Positions 38,048 to 50,518 of a stretch of 64,000 bases of DNA are shown piece by piece. Source of the stretch: Heterodontus francisci (lineage: Eukaryota); assembly GCF_036365525.1 (NCBI RefSeq), contig NC_090399.1, positions 21,958,529 through 22,022,528 of the forward strand. Reading direction: 5' to 3'. The notes below the pieces were generated by a model. That model was not told where the DNA came from and did not search any database. It was given only the letters and a program-made list of their open reading frames with translations. The stretch's first letter is position 1. Each line of letters starts with the position of its first letter. The position numbers were made by a program, and so were the translations under genes.

Positions 38048-38362
38048 CAGAATCACAGAATTGTTACAGCACAGAAGAACACTATTTGGCCCGTCGTATC
38101 AGCACTGGCTCTCCGAGTGAGCAATTCACTTGGTGCCACTCCCTGCCTTCTCCCCATAATCCTATACATTCTTCCTTTTCAGATAACAGTCTAATTCCCT
38201 TTTGAATGCCTCAATTGAACCTGTCTCCACCACACTCTCTTGCAATGCATTCCAGACCTTAACCATTTGTTGTGTGAAAAAGGTTTTCCTCATGTAGCCA
38301 ATTACCTTAAATCTGTGCCCTCTCATTTTTGATCCTTTCGCAAGTGGGAACAGTTTCTCCTC
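38048..38362 (-). mobile_element. CR1 3' fragment inside Gypsy element 2
   Basis: RGHRFKV...FFTQQMVKVWNALQ (ORF 38162-38383). Confidence 0.8.
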
Positions 38363-40112
38363 AAATAGAGAGGAGACCAGCAATGACGAGGAGTTTACAG
38401 TTGCCCAATCAGCAAGTGATCCAGGGATGGCCTGATAAGATATAGCAAAAACAACCAGCGATACAGCAGTACTGGTCCATCAGAGAAAACATCTCACAAG
38501 AAAATGGTGTTCTGCTGGCCGGATCCAGAATAATCATAACCAAAACAATGCAGAAAGAACTTCTCCAGAAGATACATGAAAGCCACATGGAAATGGAGAA
38601 GTGGATGCTCAGAGCCAGATCAGCTGTGTAATTGATAGGCATATAAAAAGACATCAAAAGTATGGTGTCTACATGCAATATCTGCCAGAAGTACAGAAGC
38701 ACACAGCAGAAAGAGGAAATGATAAGTACTGCAGTTCCACCCAGACCAGAGCATAATGTAGAAACTGATTTATTCACACACAATTAAAAATGTTATCTCA
38801 TCGTCACAGACTCATACTCAAGGTTCCCTTTTATTCAGAAGAACAATCATCTCAACGTACGAGTTCTGTTCACTGAGCAAGGGATTCCTGAAAGATTAAT
38901 GTGTGACAATGGCACCCAATTCACCTCCAGAAAATTTAAGGAATTCGCTGAACAGTATGGGTTCAAAACCATCAACTCATCACCAGACTACCCACCGAGA
39001 CACAGGTTTATAGGAAGACACGTCCAGACAGTCAAAAGAACCCTTGCAAAATACTGAGGGATGAAGGAAGACCAAAACCTTACCTTATTGTCACTTCAAT
39101 CCACACCTCTGAAGGTTGCATGAAATCACCTGCAGAGCTGTTGAATGGAAGAAAACATAAATCAAATCCACCAGGTAAAACTACGTCCTCCAAGTGGTAA
39201 GAAGAGATCAGTACTTCAACCAGCATGCTAACTCCCTACCTAAGCTATTGAAAGGACAACTGTACCTGTACAGGATCCCATCATGAAAACCTGGAGCCCA
39301 ACAGAAATTGTCGGTGAAGCTGAGATTCCAAAGTCGTACATGACTGAGACCAAGACCGCTCAGGAAATTAGAAGGAACAGAGTCTGTATTTGACCTACAC
39401 CTGAGCTGGAAAAACAGAAAAGACCATCAACAACACTGGAAACATCACTATCCAGGGTGACAACATCACCAGCATTAGCAACAGCCAGCACGACCCCTAC
39501 AACACCAGGAGCAACACTTAGAACATTCCCTGTGCAGCATGCCAAGTCCAAAAGATGGAGGCACATCACCTTACCACCTAAATGATACTATAAATAATAT
39601 TTTTAGAAAAGAATCCACATTATAAAAGACTCTGAAAAGAGTTCAGTTTATTTTTAAAATTCAATTGTTAACTTTTTTTCTAAACTAAACAAGATTAATG
39701 ATTGGAACAGTTATATTGATATAGAGGCGTTATGTTTTTAAAGAAAGAGGGATATTATATATTGTTATATCATTTGTAAAGAGCTAGGAACTAATTGTTA
39801 GTTGTAAGTGTGTTTCAGTGTGTCAGATTCACTGCTGCACTGGAGTCATGTGATATGTAATACAACACCTGTCTAAAATAGTTCCTACCAAGCAGCATGG
39901 TGGACTATATGAAATAAATGAGGATCTCCAGCCTTTCCAAGTCTAAAGTGTGATTATTTCTAACTTATGGGAAGCAGAGACAACCAGGAGATGTAACACC
40001 CACTCTCCACATTACAGAAGGTTGGGTGAAATGTTGTGGGGTGACAAGTGTCTGAGGAGCCTAAGATGTATCTAACTGGTCCTCCTCCATATCTAAAGTT
40101 ACTACTCGAACT

Positions 40113-40540
40113 ATGAACAAAGAACAAAGAACAGTACAGCACAGGATCAAGCCTGCGCTGATCTTGATGCCTGCCTAAACTAACACCTTCTGCACTTCCA
40201 GGGCCCATATCCCTCTATTTCCTTCCTATTCATATATTTGTCAAGATGTCTCTTAAACGTCGCTATTGTATCTGCTTCCACCACCTTCCCTGGCGGCAAG
40301 TTTCAGGCACTCACCATCCTCTGTGTAAAAAACTTGCCTCGCACATCCCCTCTAAACTTTGCCCCTCGCACCTTAAACCAATGTCCCCTAATAACTGACT
40401 CTTCCACCCTGGGAAAAAGCTTCTGACTATCCACTCTGTCCATGCAGCTCATAACTTTGTAAACCTCTATCATGTCGCCCCTCCACCTCCGTCGTTCCAG
40501 TGAAAAACAATCCGAGTTTTTCCAACCTCTCTTCATAGCT
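40113..40540 (-). mobile_element. CR1 3' fragment
   Basis: SLERRRWRGDMIEVYK...FFTQR; (GAACAAA)n tail. Confidence 0.85.
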
Positions 40541-41446
40541 ATGTGGGGTTCAGGCTCCAAAGATGGAGTCAGTTAGGGAGGTGTGGAAGAGACCAGTGGC
40601 CATACTTCCTATTCCAAGGTTTCCTTATCAACATTTCGATCTGGGGAATCCTCCTAATACCACCAAGGCCTCATCACTTTTAGTCTCCACTGGACATACT
40701 AAAACGACCACCTGCTGCCCTCCCACCCCCTTCACAAGACGCAGGCTGGTAGGAGCCCCTTTAACCAGTATATACATTCACATCTCCACAAACTTTACAT
40801 GCTGCAGCTTAGATATTTCTTTCACTGGATTTTGATTCCTGTTCTGTTTGGCTGACAAGATACTGATCAGGTATCAGAACAGTCTAGATTGTTCCAAATG
40901 TCTGGAAACATCCATCCTCTACCTCAATCCTGGCTGCTGCTAGCTGCTCTATAAATTCTGCAACTTCTTTATCTCTAGACTCAGCCTGTTCTTCCAACTT
41001 CTGAATTCCCAATATTAGACACTGTAACATTAATGCCATCTTTTTTTTAATCACTTTTGAACACTCAAACCTTAATCTTACTTTTTAACTGGAAAGTCTC
41101 CACTAAGGGTTCCCGTCTGTCTCTCCATCCTCCAATCATTCTTTCCTGCCCAAACTCATTGGGCCCCTCTCTTTACATTCAACCCATTACTAAGAAATGA
41201 CTGTACAACATCCAGAATATTCCCTGATCCTCCCATTGTTAATTGGAGATCCCTTTAGGTCCTAACCCCTGAATTAATGTGCAGGAAACACTTCCTTCAG
41301 CCAACTCTGACTTGATGAGAATTGAATATCACTTCAGGGTCACCAAGACTGCTTTCTTGTTCTAATTCATCTGATTACTTTAAACACACTTGTAGTTCGA
41401 ACAATGTAAAATCAGGTCTTTATTGAGACACCACACTTCATGATTC
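40540..41446 (-). mobile_element. ERV-like LTR retroelement remnant: LTR end, tRNA-Trp PBS, decayed gag start
   Basis: Minus strand TGGTGACCCTGAAGTGAT at 41345-41328 (16/18 match to the Trp PBS TGGTGACCCCGACGTGAT); AATAAA upstream (~41419-41424); ATG at 41236 giving MGGSGNILDVVQSFLS. Confidence 0.55.
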
Positions 41447-42092
41447 TGTATGAAAATCCCACACAGTGATTTGCTCACACTTTAATACCATCTTTCTCTC
41501 TGATCAGCACATGCATATTATCAATACATCACAGTGGAGCAAAGATACCTGCAGATGACATTATACCCACTTAATTGGAGTGGATCAAAGACACATGCAC
41601 ACAGCTAAAATACATGTCGTCCTTTTCAGTCCCCTCTAATTATTTCACTACCATGGTTACATTACATGGTTACTTTGCTTGGCACAGCAGAGAACTGAAA
41701 GTGATCACCGCCTTCAGTCTGAAGCCATAACAACCAGCAAACAGGCCTGCAACATTAAAAATTTACCTTTCGATAAGGATCCCACAGGTTATTCCTGAAA
41801 CTTTTACAACCTGAACTCTGAAATCTCTTATCCTATACCTTTCTATCTATCTTCTCTGGAGTGTGCATGAAAGTGAATGCATGAGAGCGTGAAGGGTGTT
41901 GCGATCATTTCGGGATTTGTTTAAAATAAATAGTTATCTTCTGTTTAACCTCTGAGAAAACCTGCCGTTTGCCTGTTTATTTGACCTTAAAAATATTCAG
42001 GGGCTAACATCATTTTAAACAAAACACGATTACAGTCAGTTTGGAGGTGAACAGCAGAAATCATCTACACCCCTTACCACCTGTAAATAACA
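41447..42092 (+). mobile_element. Solo LTR-like element (5' end uncertain)
   Basis: Ends CCACCTGTAAATAACA; GAGAAAACCTGCC motif shared with the other solo LTRs. Confidence 0.55.
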
Positions 42093-42111
42093 GAGGACTG
42101 GAGAATTGCAA

Positions 42112-44020
42112 ATAGAACATAGAACATAGAACAGTACAGCACAGTACAGGCCCTTCGGCCCACGATGTTGTGCCGAACCTTTAACCTACTCTAAGATCAA
42201 ACTAACTACCTACCGTTCATTCTACTATCATCCATGCACCTATCCAAGAGTCGCTTAAATGCCCCTAATGTATCTGCTTCTACTACCACCGCTGGCAGCG
42301 CATTCCACGCACCGACCACTCTCTGTGTAAAGAACATACCTCTGACATCTCCCCGAAACCTTCCTCCAATCACCTTAAAATGATGCCCCCTGGTGATAGC
42401 CCTTTCCACCCTGGGAAAAAGTCTCTGACTATCCACTCTATCTATACCTCTCATCATCTTGTACCCCTCTATCAAGTCACCTCTCATCCTTCTTCACTCC
42501 AATGAGAAAAGCCCTAGCTTCCTCAATCTTTCTTCGTAGGACATGCCCTCCAGTCCAGGCAGCATCCTGGTAACTCTTCTCTGCACCCTCTCTAAAGCTT
42601 CCACATCCTTCCTATAATGAGGCGACCAGAACTGAACACAATATTCCAAGTGTGGTCGAACCAGGGCCTTATAGAGCTGCAGCATAACCTCGTGGCTCTT
42701 AAACTCAATCCCCCTGTTAATGAAAGCCGGACCCCAAGATCCCTCTGTTCCTCCACACTATCAAGAATCCTGTCTTTAAGCCTGTATTCCGCATTCAAAT
42801 TCGACATTCCAAAATGAATCACTTCACACTTTTCCAGGTTGAACTCCATCTGCCACTTCTCAGCCCAGCTCTGCATCCTGTCAATGTCCCGTTGCAACCT
42901 ACAACAGCCTTCCACACTACCCACAACTCCAGCAACCTTCGTGTTATCGGCAAACTTGCTAACCCAGCCTTCCAGTTCCTCATCCAAGTCATTTATAAAA
43001 ATCACAAAGAGCAGAGGTCCCAGAACAGATCCTTTCCATTGACTACCACCCTCTGACTTCTATAGGCCAGCCAATTTTGTATCCAGACAGCCAACTTTCC
43101 CTGAATCCCATGCCTCCTTACTTTCTGAATGAGCCTACCATGGGGAACCTTATCAAAAGCCTTGCTAAAATCCATTTACACCACATCCACTGCTCTTCCT
43201 TCATCAATGTGTTTTGTCACATCTTCAAAGAATTCAATAAGGCTTGTGAGGCATGACCTGCCCCTTACAAAGCCATGCTGACTGTCTCTAATCAAACCAT
43301 GCTTTTCCAAATAATCATAAATACTGTCTCTCAGAATCCTCTCCAATAATTTGCCCACTACTGACGTCAAGACTGACTGGTTTATAATTCCCAGGGTTAT
43401 CCCTATTCCCTTTCTTGAACAAGGGAACAACATTTGCCACCCTCCAATCATCCGGTACTACTCCAGTGGACAGTGAAGATGCAAAGATCATCGCCAAAGG
43501 CGCAGCAATCTCTTCCCTCGCTTCCCGTAATATCCTTGGGTATATCCCGTCTGGCCCCGGGGACTTATCTGTCCTCATATCATTCAAAATTTCCAGCACA
43601 TCCTCCCTCTTAACCTCAACCCATTTGAGCATATCAGCCTGTTCCACGCTGTCCTCACAAACGACCAGGTCCCTCTCACTCGTGAATACTGAAGCAAAGT
43701 ATTCATTTAAGACCTCCCCTACCTCCTCCGACTCCAGGCACAAGTTCCCTCCACTATCCCTGATCGGCCCTACCCTCACTCTGGCCATCCTCTTGTTCCT
43801 CACATAAGTGTAGAACGCCTTGGGATTTTCCTTAATCCTACCCGCCAAGACTTTTTCATGTCCCCTTCTAGCTCTCCTAAGTCCATTCTTCAGTTCCCTC
43901 CTGGCTACCTTGTAACCCTCTAGAGCCCTGTCTGATCCTTGCTTCCTCAACCTTAAGTAAGCTTCCTTCTTCCTCTTGACTAGCTGTTCCACATCTTTTG
44001 TCATCCAAGGTTCCTTCACC
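42112..44020 (-). mobile_element. CR1 of the same young subfamily as 34066-36250, with internal deletions
   Basis: Long near-identical stretches; deletions at ~42728 and ~43032; (CATAGAA)n tail. Confidence 0.95.
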
Positions 44021-44029
44021 TACCATCCC

Positions 44030-46145
44030 TTCCCATTGATCAAAAAAGGGTGTAAGGATAAACCCAGCAACTACAGGCCAGCTGGTTTAACCTCAGTGGT
44101 GGGAAAACTTCTAGGAATGATAATCTGGGACAAAATTAACAGTGACTTGAACAAGTGTGGATTAATTTAGTAAAGCCAGCATTGTGTTTAACTAACTTGA
44201 TTGAAATGTTTGATGAGGCAATAGAGGTGGTTGATGAAAGTAATGCAATGACTGTGTTGTATATGGATTTTGAGAATGCATTTGATAAAATGCCAGTTAA
44301 TAGACTTGCCAGCAAAGTTGAAGCCCATGGAATAAAAGGGCAAAGTTGGCTGAGTGACAGGAATCAAAGAGTAGTGGTGAATGGTTGTTTTCAGACTGGA
44401 GGAAGGTGTACACTGGGATTTCTCAGGGGTTTGTATGTAAGGATCCAGGTTTGATGTAACTTGATCAAACTCAAATTTGACTACATTTTACCAGCATGCT
44501 TCGCAAGGCCAAATAATCTTTTTAAAGTAAACTGTAATGCTGAATACTGCAAGCTGTCTTTCACAGAAAAGAGAGGCTTGGGGAAGGCAGCCATGTCACT
44601 GACTGTTAATTTGTGTGTAGATATGAGTGAAACATTTTATGTTTCAATAATCTGATACTGGATAGCCATTATGAACAGCTCTAAGCACAAACCTGGTAAC
44701 AGGCAAATACAAACAATGAAGTCTCTGAGGCTGGTATTCGAGAGAGTTATGGAACTGCCCATGGGAAACCGAAAGAGGTAAGAAAAGCAGTCCTGGACAT
44801 GCTGTACATATAAAATGTGTTATAGCCGACATGGAAGATGAAAGCTAATTTAAAGGTGGGTTTTTACTCCATAGTTTAAACAAAGAACTTGATGCACCAT
44901 TGGAAATTTTGTATTAAGAAGATCCTGTTAATATAACAAACTAGATCCACCCCTGAAAAGCGAGAGAAAAGATGTGGTAAAAGGATAATCTGGATTGCAG
45001 TCAGAAGTGGTGTAGCCAGTCATCTCACCTACAAAGATCTACAAGCAATGCTGAACTGATCATTTGTAGGTAATTATACATATATTTCTTGTGACCTTAT
45101 TGGTGCATTGTTCAAGCTGTATTTTTGAATTTATTTTTATTGAAATAACTCCTTACATAGAGCTCATGTCATTTCTCATAAATCTCGAGTTAAAGAATCT
45201 TAAACTTGCGAGACACAGGAGTGAAACCTTACAGGTACTAGGACCACTGCTATTCTTGATATATGACCTGGACTTAGGTATGCAGTGCATAAATACAAAA
45301 TTTGAAAATGATACAAAACTTGGAAGTATTGTGAAATGTGACAATAGTGATAGATTTCAAGAGATTATGGATGGACTGGTGGAATGGGTGAAATTTAATG
45401 CAAAGAAGTGTGAAGTGGTACATTTTAGTAGGATGAAAGAGGAGGGGCAATATAAATTAAAGGGCACAATTCTAAAGTGGGTGCAGGAACAGAGAAACCT
45501 GGGGTATATGTTTGCAGATCATTGAAAGTGGTAGAACAGGTTGAGGAAGTGGTTAAAAAGGCATCCGGGATCCTTGGTTTTGTAAAGAGAGGCATAAAGC
45601 ACCTTTATAAAACATTGGTTCAGCCTCAGCTGGAGTACTGTGTCCAAATCTGGGCAATGCACTTTAGGAAGGAAGTGAAGGCTTTAGAGATGGTGCAGGA
45701 AAAGATTTATGAGAATGGTTCTGGGGTTACGGGACTTCAATTCCAGTGGTATATTGGAGAAGCTGTGTTATTCTCCTTAGAAGAGACCATTGTGAGGAGA
45801 GTTGATTGAAATGTTCAAAATGATGAGACAGGGTAGATGGAGAGAAACTGTTCCAACTGGTGGAAAAGTCAACAGCCAGAGGACACCGATGTTAGGTGAT
45901 TGGCAAAAGAACCTTTTTTTATGCAGTGAGTGGTTATTTGGAATGTACTGCTTGGGAGTGTGGTGAAGGCAGATTCAATCGTGCCTTTCAAAAGAGAATT
46001 AGATCAGCACCCAAAGAGAAATAATTTGCACGACTACGGGAAAGGGCAGGGAAGTGGGACTAGTTGAGCTGCTTTTGCAAATAGCTGACACGGACACGAA
46101 GGGTCGAATGGCCTCCTTCTGTGCTGTAACCATCCTATGATTCTA
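44030..46145 (+). mobile_element. Decayed CR1 RT split by a solo LTR
   Basis: NYRPAGLTSVVGK; LYMDFENAFDK; VLGPLLFLI; LVQPQLEYC. Confidence 0.85.
44436..45233. mobile_element. Solo LTR
   Basis: Terminal inverted TGTAAGG...CCTTACA; imperfect 4-bp TSD TGTA/GGTA within the CR1 GVPQGSVLGP codons. Confidence 0.8.
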
Positions 46146-46147
46146 AT

Positions 46148-46499
46148 GGCTCAAATTTCCATTGACACCATTTCGACAAGGTTTCCACTGAAATTATGAT
46201 AGGAGATTTAGATACCGCCACAGTAATTCAGGGTATGCGTGTTATGCATCATACAGCAATGGAATGGAAAAAGAAAACATAGCGAGAAAGCGAGTGACAA
46301 GTGGATAGAAATCTGTGAGAATATCTGGAGGTTTCTGGAATTCTCCTCCCAATTTCGGCGGGAGATCGGCGGAAATGTCCAGAAACTGTGTTCACTGTCC
46401 TTTGGGACGTTTCTTCTGTTTCAGTCGATCTTCCGCCGAAGTTACGCCTGCAGATCGGGAGATTCCGTGACAATTTTACCCACTGTAGACTTGAGACCC
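46148..46499. repeat. CpG-rich fold-back (MITE-like) element
   Basis: Inverted pair TTTCGGCGGGAGATCGGC (~46353-46370) / GTCGATCTTCCGCCGAAG (~46424-46441); weak terminal inverted repeats. Confidence 0.45.
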
Positions 46500-46780
46500 C
46501 AGCTTGGAAACCGATTGCATATCGTGACAAGTGTTAAGAACAGCTTTCAGATAACAGGAAACAGATATCATGATGCTGTTGGCTTGGCTGTGAGGTTTAC
46601 CGCGATTGAAACGATTGGTAAAATAAAGGGATTAATGTTGGTTTGTTGCAACTTGAGCTCATCAGTTTCCCAGATCAGAGATTTGAATAGTTTTACTGCT
46701 GATGTTTCCATATTGACAGTGGCTGAACATTACTTCTGATTAAACTCAAATAGAAACAGTTAAACAAAGACTGCAACAAA

Positions 46781-46856
46781 ATGCCACTTAAAGGAAATGG
46801 AATTTCCAGAGTTTCTGGTGTCTATCTTTTCACTTTAAATCTCTTTGAACTGATCG
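46781..46856 (+). CDS. Ig-superfamily receptor exon 1 (leader: MPLKGNGISRVSGVYLFTLNLFELI)
   Basis: AAAATGC start context; 76 nt ending in a phase-1 donor G|GTAAGT that matches the phase of the Ig exon. Confidence 0.65.
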
Positions 46857-47593
46857 GTAAGTTTGTTACAGTTAATATGCAAAACATTTATGTGGATTGT
46901 AAAACAGTTGGAGGAATTATCTAGGATAATACTTGGGCGGTATAATGATCAGTGGAACTACCATTTATCAAAAACATTTACAGGTCCATCAGGTGCAATG
47001 CTTGCTTTTTGTTTTGACAATGTTGAGTTTGAGAAAAGGATAAATTTGCAATGCTATGGAGAAAAGAAAGAGAGAGAGTGGGACTAACCAATAGATCTTT
47101 CAAAGAGCCGACATATACAGGATCGGCCCAATGACCCCCTTCTGTCCTATGTGATTCTAAATGAAATTAAAATTTGACAGTCAAAACTGTTTAGAAAAAT
47201 TCCAGCAGCTTCTCCCGATATATTTTTGACCCTGTTCGACATTCTCCCACAATCACTACTGTTTTCACCAGTTAGTGTATAACTCTGATGAAAAGGTTCA
47301 TAAATGCCTTGCGAGCTCGTCCTTACACAAATATTAGCGAAATGTTAGCCTTGTTACGATGTTGGAGTAAACCTCAGTTACAGTGAGCTGAAAAGGCAGA
47401 ATGTTCCCAACATTGTACCGAATGGATCTAGGACCATGATCATGTGGTGTTGAAATATGTGGTGTTGAAATATGTAAGACACAATGAATATTTATTTCCA
47501 TTCTATACAGTTATGCGCTGTAGTTTAAACAATATTTGTATTATTTAGATATTGTCACTCATATATTAAAACAATTATTATTTCTACCTTTAG

Positions 47594-47968
47594 TCGCTGT
47601 GACACTGAGAGTGAACCAGGACAGTGTGAATGGAACCCTTGGTCAGTCTGTACTCCTACCCACCTCTTACACAGTCTCAAACTCAGGCGGTTACTTTCGG
47701 ATCAAATGGATCAGAGACGGGACTAGAATTGTGGAATATACATGCACATCGGAGAGAGACAACAACTTCACTGGACGCTGCCACTACCTGCGTGTTACTG
47801 ATGACTACAAACATCGGGCTGTTCTTTTTCCCGAAAATGCTTCATTGTTGCTGAAAGATTTACAGTTTAATGACAGCGGGATTTATGAATTATCCATTGC
47901 CGACTCAATAGGAACAGAGATGGCCAGGTTAATGTTAACTGTCCAATCCGACACCGGGTATGGAATGG
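47594..47968 (+). CDS. Ig-superfamily receptor exon 2: Ig V-set domain (HEPACAM/VSTM5/CD2-like)
   Basis: Acceptor TTTTCTACCTTTAG; donor G|GTATGT; 375-nt phase 1-1 exon; VNGTLGQSVLLP...IKW...YKHRAVLFPENASLLLKDLQFNDSGIYEL...LTV. Confidence 0.92.
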
Positions 47969-48259
47969 GTATGTACTCAATTGCTCAATTGTTAAGAACA
48001 TTTCCAGTAACTATGTATTAAGTGGACTAATGCCAATAGCAGAAGTGAGGAATTTTCTTTAGAGCAGTGCGAGGCTTTTTGAATTCTATTTTCTTGAATG
48101 TTGGTGTAAGATTATTTGATGCATATTAGAAGATGTTTCTGTCCGATATCATTGAGGGAAAACTAAAAATGGTGAATCTTGTACCTAATGGTAACCTCTA
48201 CAGAAAACCATATAACTGTCCTGTCATTTCACTAGGTTGAAGTCATAATATTAATACCA

Positions 48260-49500
48260 TAGAATCAGAGAATAACGGTGCAGGAGAAGACCCATTGTGC
48301 CTATGCGGAATCTTTGAAAGAACTATCAAATTAATCAAACTCTCCTCTTTCTCCATACCTTTGCTAATATTTCCACTTCAAGTATTTTTCAGTTCCCTTT
48401 TGAAAGTTATTATTATCTGCTGCTGCCATCCTTTCAGACAGTGCATTTCAAATCATAACAACTTGCTGTGCTTACAGTTCCAGTCACCATATTATAAAAA
48501 GGATACAGAGGCACTGGAGAGGGTGCAGAGAAAATTTACAAGGATGATAACAGATGTGTGGGTATACATATCTGGATTGGATTGCCAGGCTGTTTCTCTT
48601 TTTGTTTGAAAAAGGAAGCCGAGAGGTGACCTAATAGAGGTCTTTAATATTATGAAAATTTTGATAGCATGGATATAGAGAGAATGGTTACAATAATAGA
48701 TTTAGGTGAAGAAAGATGGGAGGGGGCTCAAATGGTGCATAAATGCTGGTATGGCTTGATTCTGTGTTGTATAATCCTGCGTAATTCATGTAATGAACTG
48801 CTCACATCGCCTCTGGTTCTTTTGCCAAATACCCTAAATCTGTCTTCTCATTACCAAACCTTCTGCCACTGAAGTAATTTCCTCTTATTCACCATCAAAA
48901 CCCTCCATGATTTTAAACAACTTTATTAAATTTTCCCTAACCTCCTTTGCTCTAAACAGAACAACTCCATCTTCTCTAGTCTCTCCGCATAACTGAAATC
49001 TTTCATCCCTGGATTCATTCTGGTGAATTTCCTCGGCACCCTCTCTAAGGCTTTGACATCCTCTGAAGGTGTAATGCCCAGAGTCGGACATAACACTCCA
49101 GCTCAGGCCTAACCAATGTTTCATAAATGCTCTTCATAACTTCCTTGTTTTTGTACCTCTATTTATAAAGCCAAGGATCTTATTTGCCTTGTTAACAGCC
49201 TTCTCACCTTGTTCTGCCACCTTCAAATATTTGTGTACACATACTGTCAGGTCTCTCCGTTCCAGCATCCCATTTTATAATTGTACCATTTAGCTTATGT
49301 TTACTCTCCTCATTCTTCCTACTAAAGTGAATCACTTGATATTTCTCTGCATTAATTTTCATCTGCCATGGCTCTGCTCATTTCATCAATCTATGTCCAC
49401 CTGAAGCCTGCTACTATCCTCACTGTTACTACATTTCCAAAATTGCAAAACTTTGAAACTATGCCTCATATATCCAGGTCATTGAGATATAGATATATAT
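48260..49500. mobile_element. Decayed CR1 fragments (both orientations) in intron 2
   Basis: SPYYKKDTEALERVQRKFTRMI (48470-48560); minus-strand CR1 3' region 48800-49450. Confidence 0.7.
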
Positions 49501-50410
49501 CAAAATATGATATTCTTCTGCCCATCACTGTAATGTGGTTATTGATCCATTTATTTTAACTGAAGGATAAGAGACTGTAGTTAAAATCTGATAAAAGGTA
49601 AGTTCAGCTCTGGAGGCACTTCCTCATACAAAGCAATTAATGCTTCAAGTGGTTTTGGGCTAGGGATGCTATAGAAAGATCTCTGGAGTAATTTAAAGGA
49701 TGGTTACATACTGCTTTGGAAGATAGGAGGTCTCTGTAGAATGATAAGCTAGGTGGGCTGAATTGTGTACCTCACTTTGACTATCTTCATGGTTTCATTA
49801 AAATAAAGGGGAGAGAAATGTCATAAGAATGCATTAAGTGTGACAAGTTTACCTCAGTAGCTTCCATTTTAAATTCTGACAGAAATTTATCATGGAAAAA
49901 GTTGACTGGAGGTTTATACAGTCCTAAAGCCCGAAATAGTTGGGAACATTGATCTTCTTTATTTAAAGCCACATTGATGGCTGTGTTCTCATTTGTTGTT
50001 GTACAGATAACTCTCCAGTTTGTTCCTGCTACTTCCATTATTTGACATGGAATTAAGATTAATTAATCTGTATTCATAACTTAGCCTCTAACAGTGGTTA
50101 TATATTATATTCAATGAGTTATATCAATTTTAACCTTAAAATGATTGAACTCAATATTTGAATTAACACAGGTTACTTACAAGCTAAAATAAACAAAAAA
50201 GGCAGATTTCTATTTTTAAGAGTGTAAATGATTAATTAGAAGCCTTTTATTCAGTTGTGATGGTGGGCTGGAATGTAGAAATCAAGTATAAATACTAATG
50301 TAGCTGAAGTTCCAATTTCCCTGCATTAAAGCTCCCCCTTTCCTAAATGAATTTACTGTAAGAGCAATTAGTAGTGGTCTAATATCAATGAAATGACTAA
50401 ATCCTAACAG

Positions 50411-50518
50411 ATTGCACAGATGCAGACAGAAAACGAACACCAGGACTTGAAGCCATTATTCCACCCATTGGTCTTGTTATTTTTATCTTCTTGTGTTTGA
50501 CTGTGAAGATGCGAAGAG
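50411..50518 (+). CDS. Ig-superfamily receptor exon 3: stalk and transmembrane helix
   Basis: CCTAACAG acceptor; G|GTAAGT donor; 108-nt phase 1-1; DCTDADRKRTPGLEAIIPPIGLVIFIFLCLTVKMRR. Confidence 0.82.

Larger units (their letters stand above)
32749..39998 (+). mobile_element. Decayed Gypsy/Ty3 LTR retrotransposon 2
   Basis: LTRs ~32749-32995 and ~39753-39998; PBS-like TGGTGGCAGC (32996-33005); PPT AAAGAAAGAGGGA (39740-39752); gag remnant from 33113; protease KINTGAQ (DTG to NTG); RT WANSIIVREKPNGRQRICL; RNase H YVNIERKLL...ESDHHPLE; integrase ~38400-39150. Confidence 0.92.

Noticed and set aside
46239-46739. 166-aa ORF upstream of the Ig exon
   Set aside because: GTG start, no recognisable domain, and it runs through a fold-back repeat
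47536-48021. 161-aa ORF treated as a standalone gene
   Set aside because: Its ends are intronic read-through; the splice sites define exon 47594-47968
49566-49603. Strong donor AAG|GTAAGT in intron 2
   Set aside because: Nearby acceptors give in-frame stops in the required phase; no C2 Ig exon found
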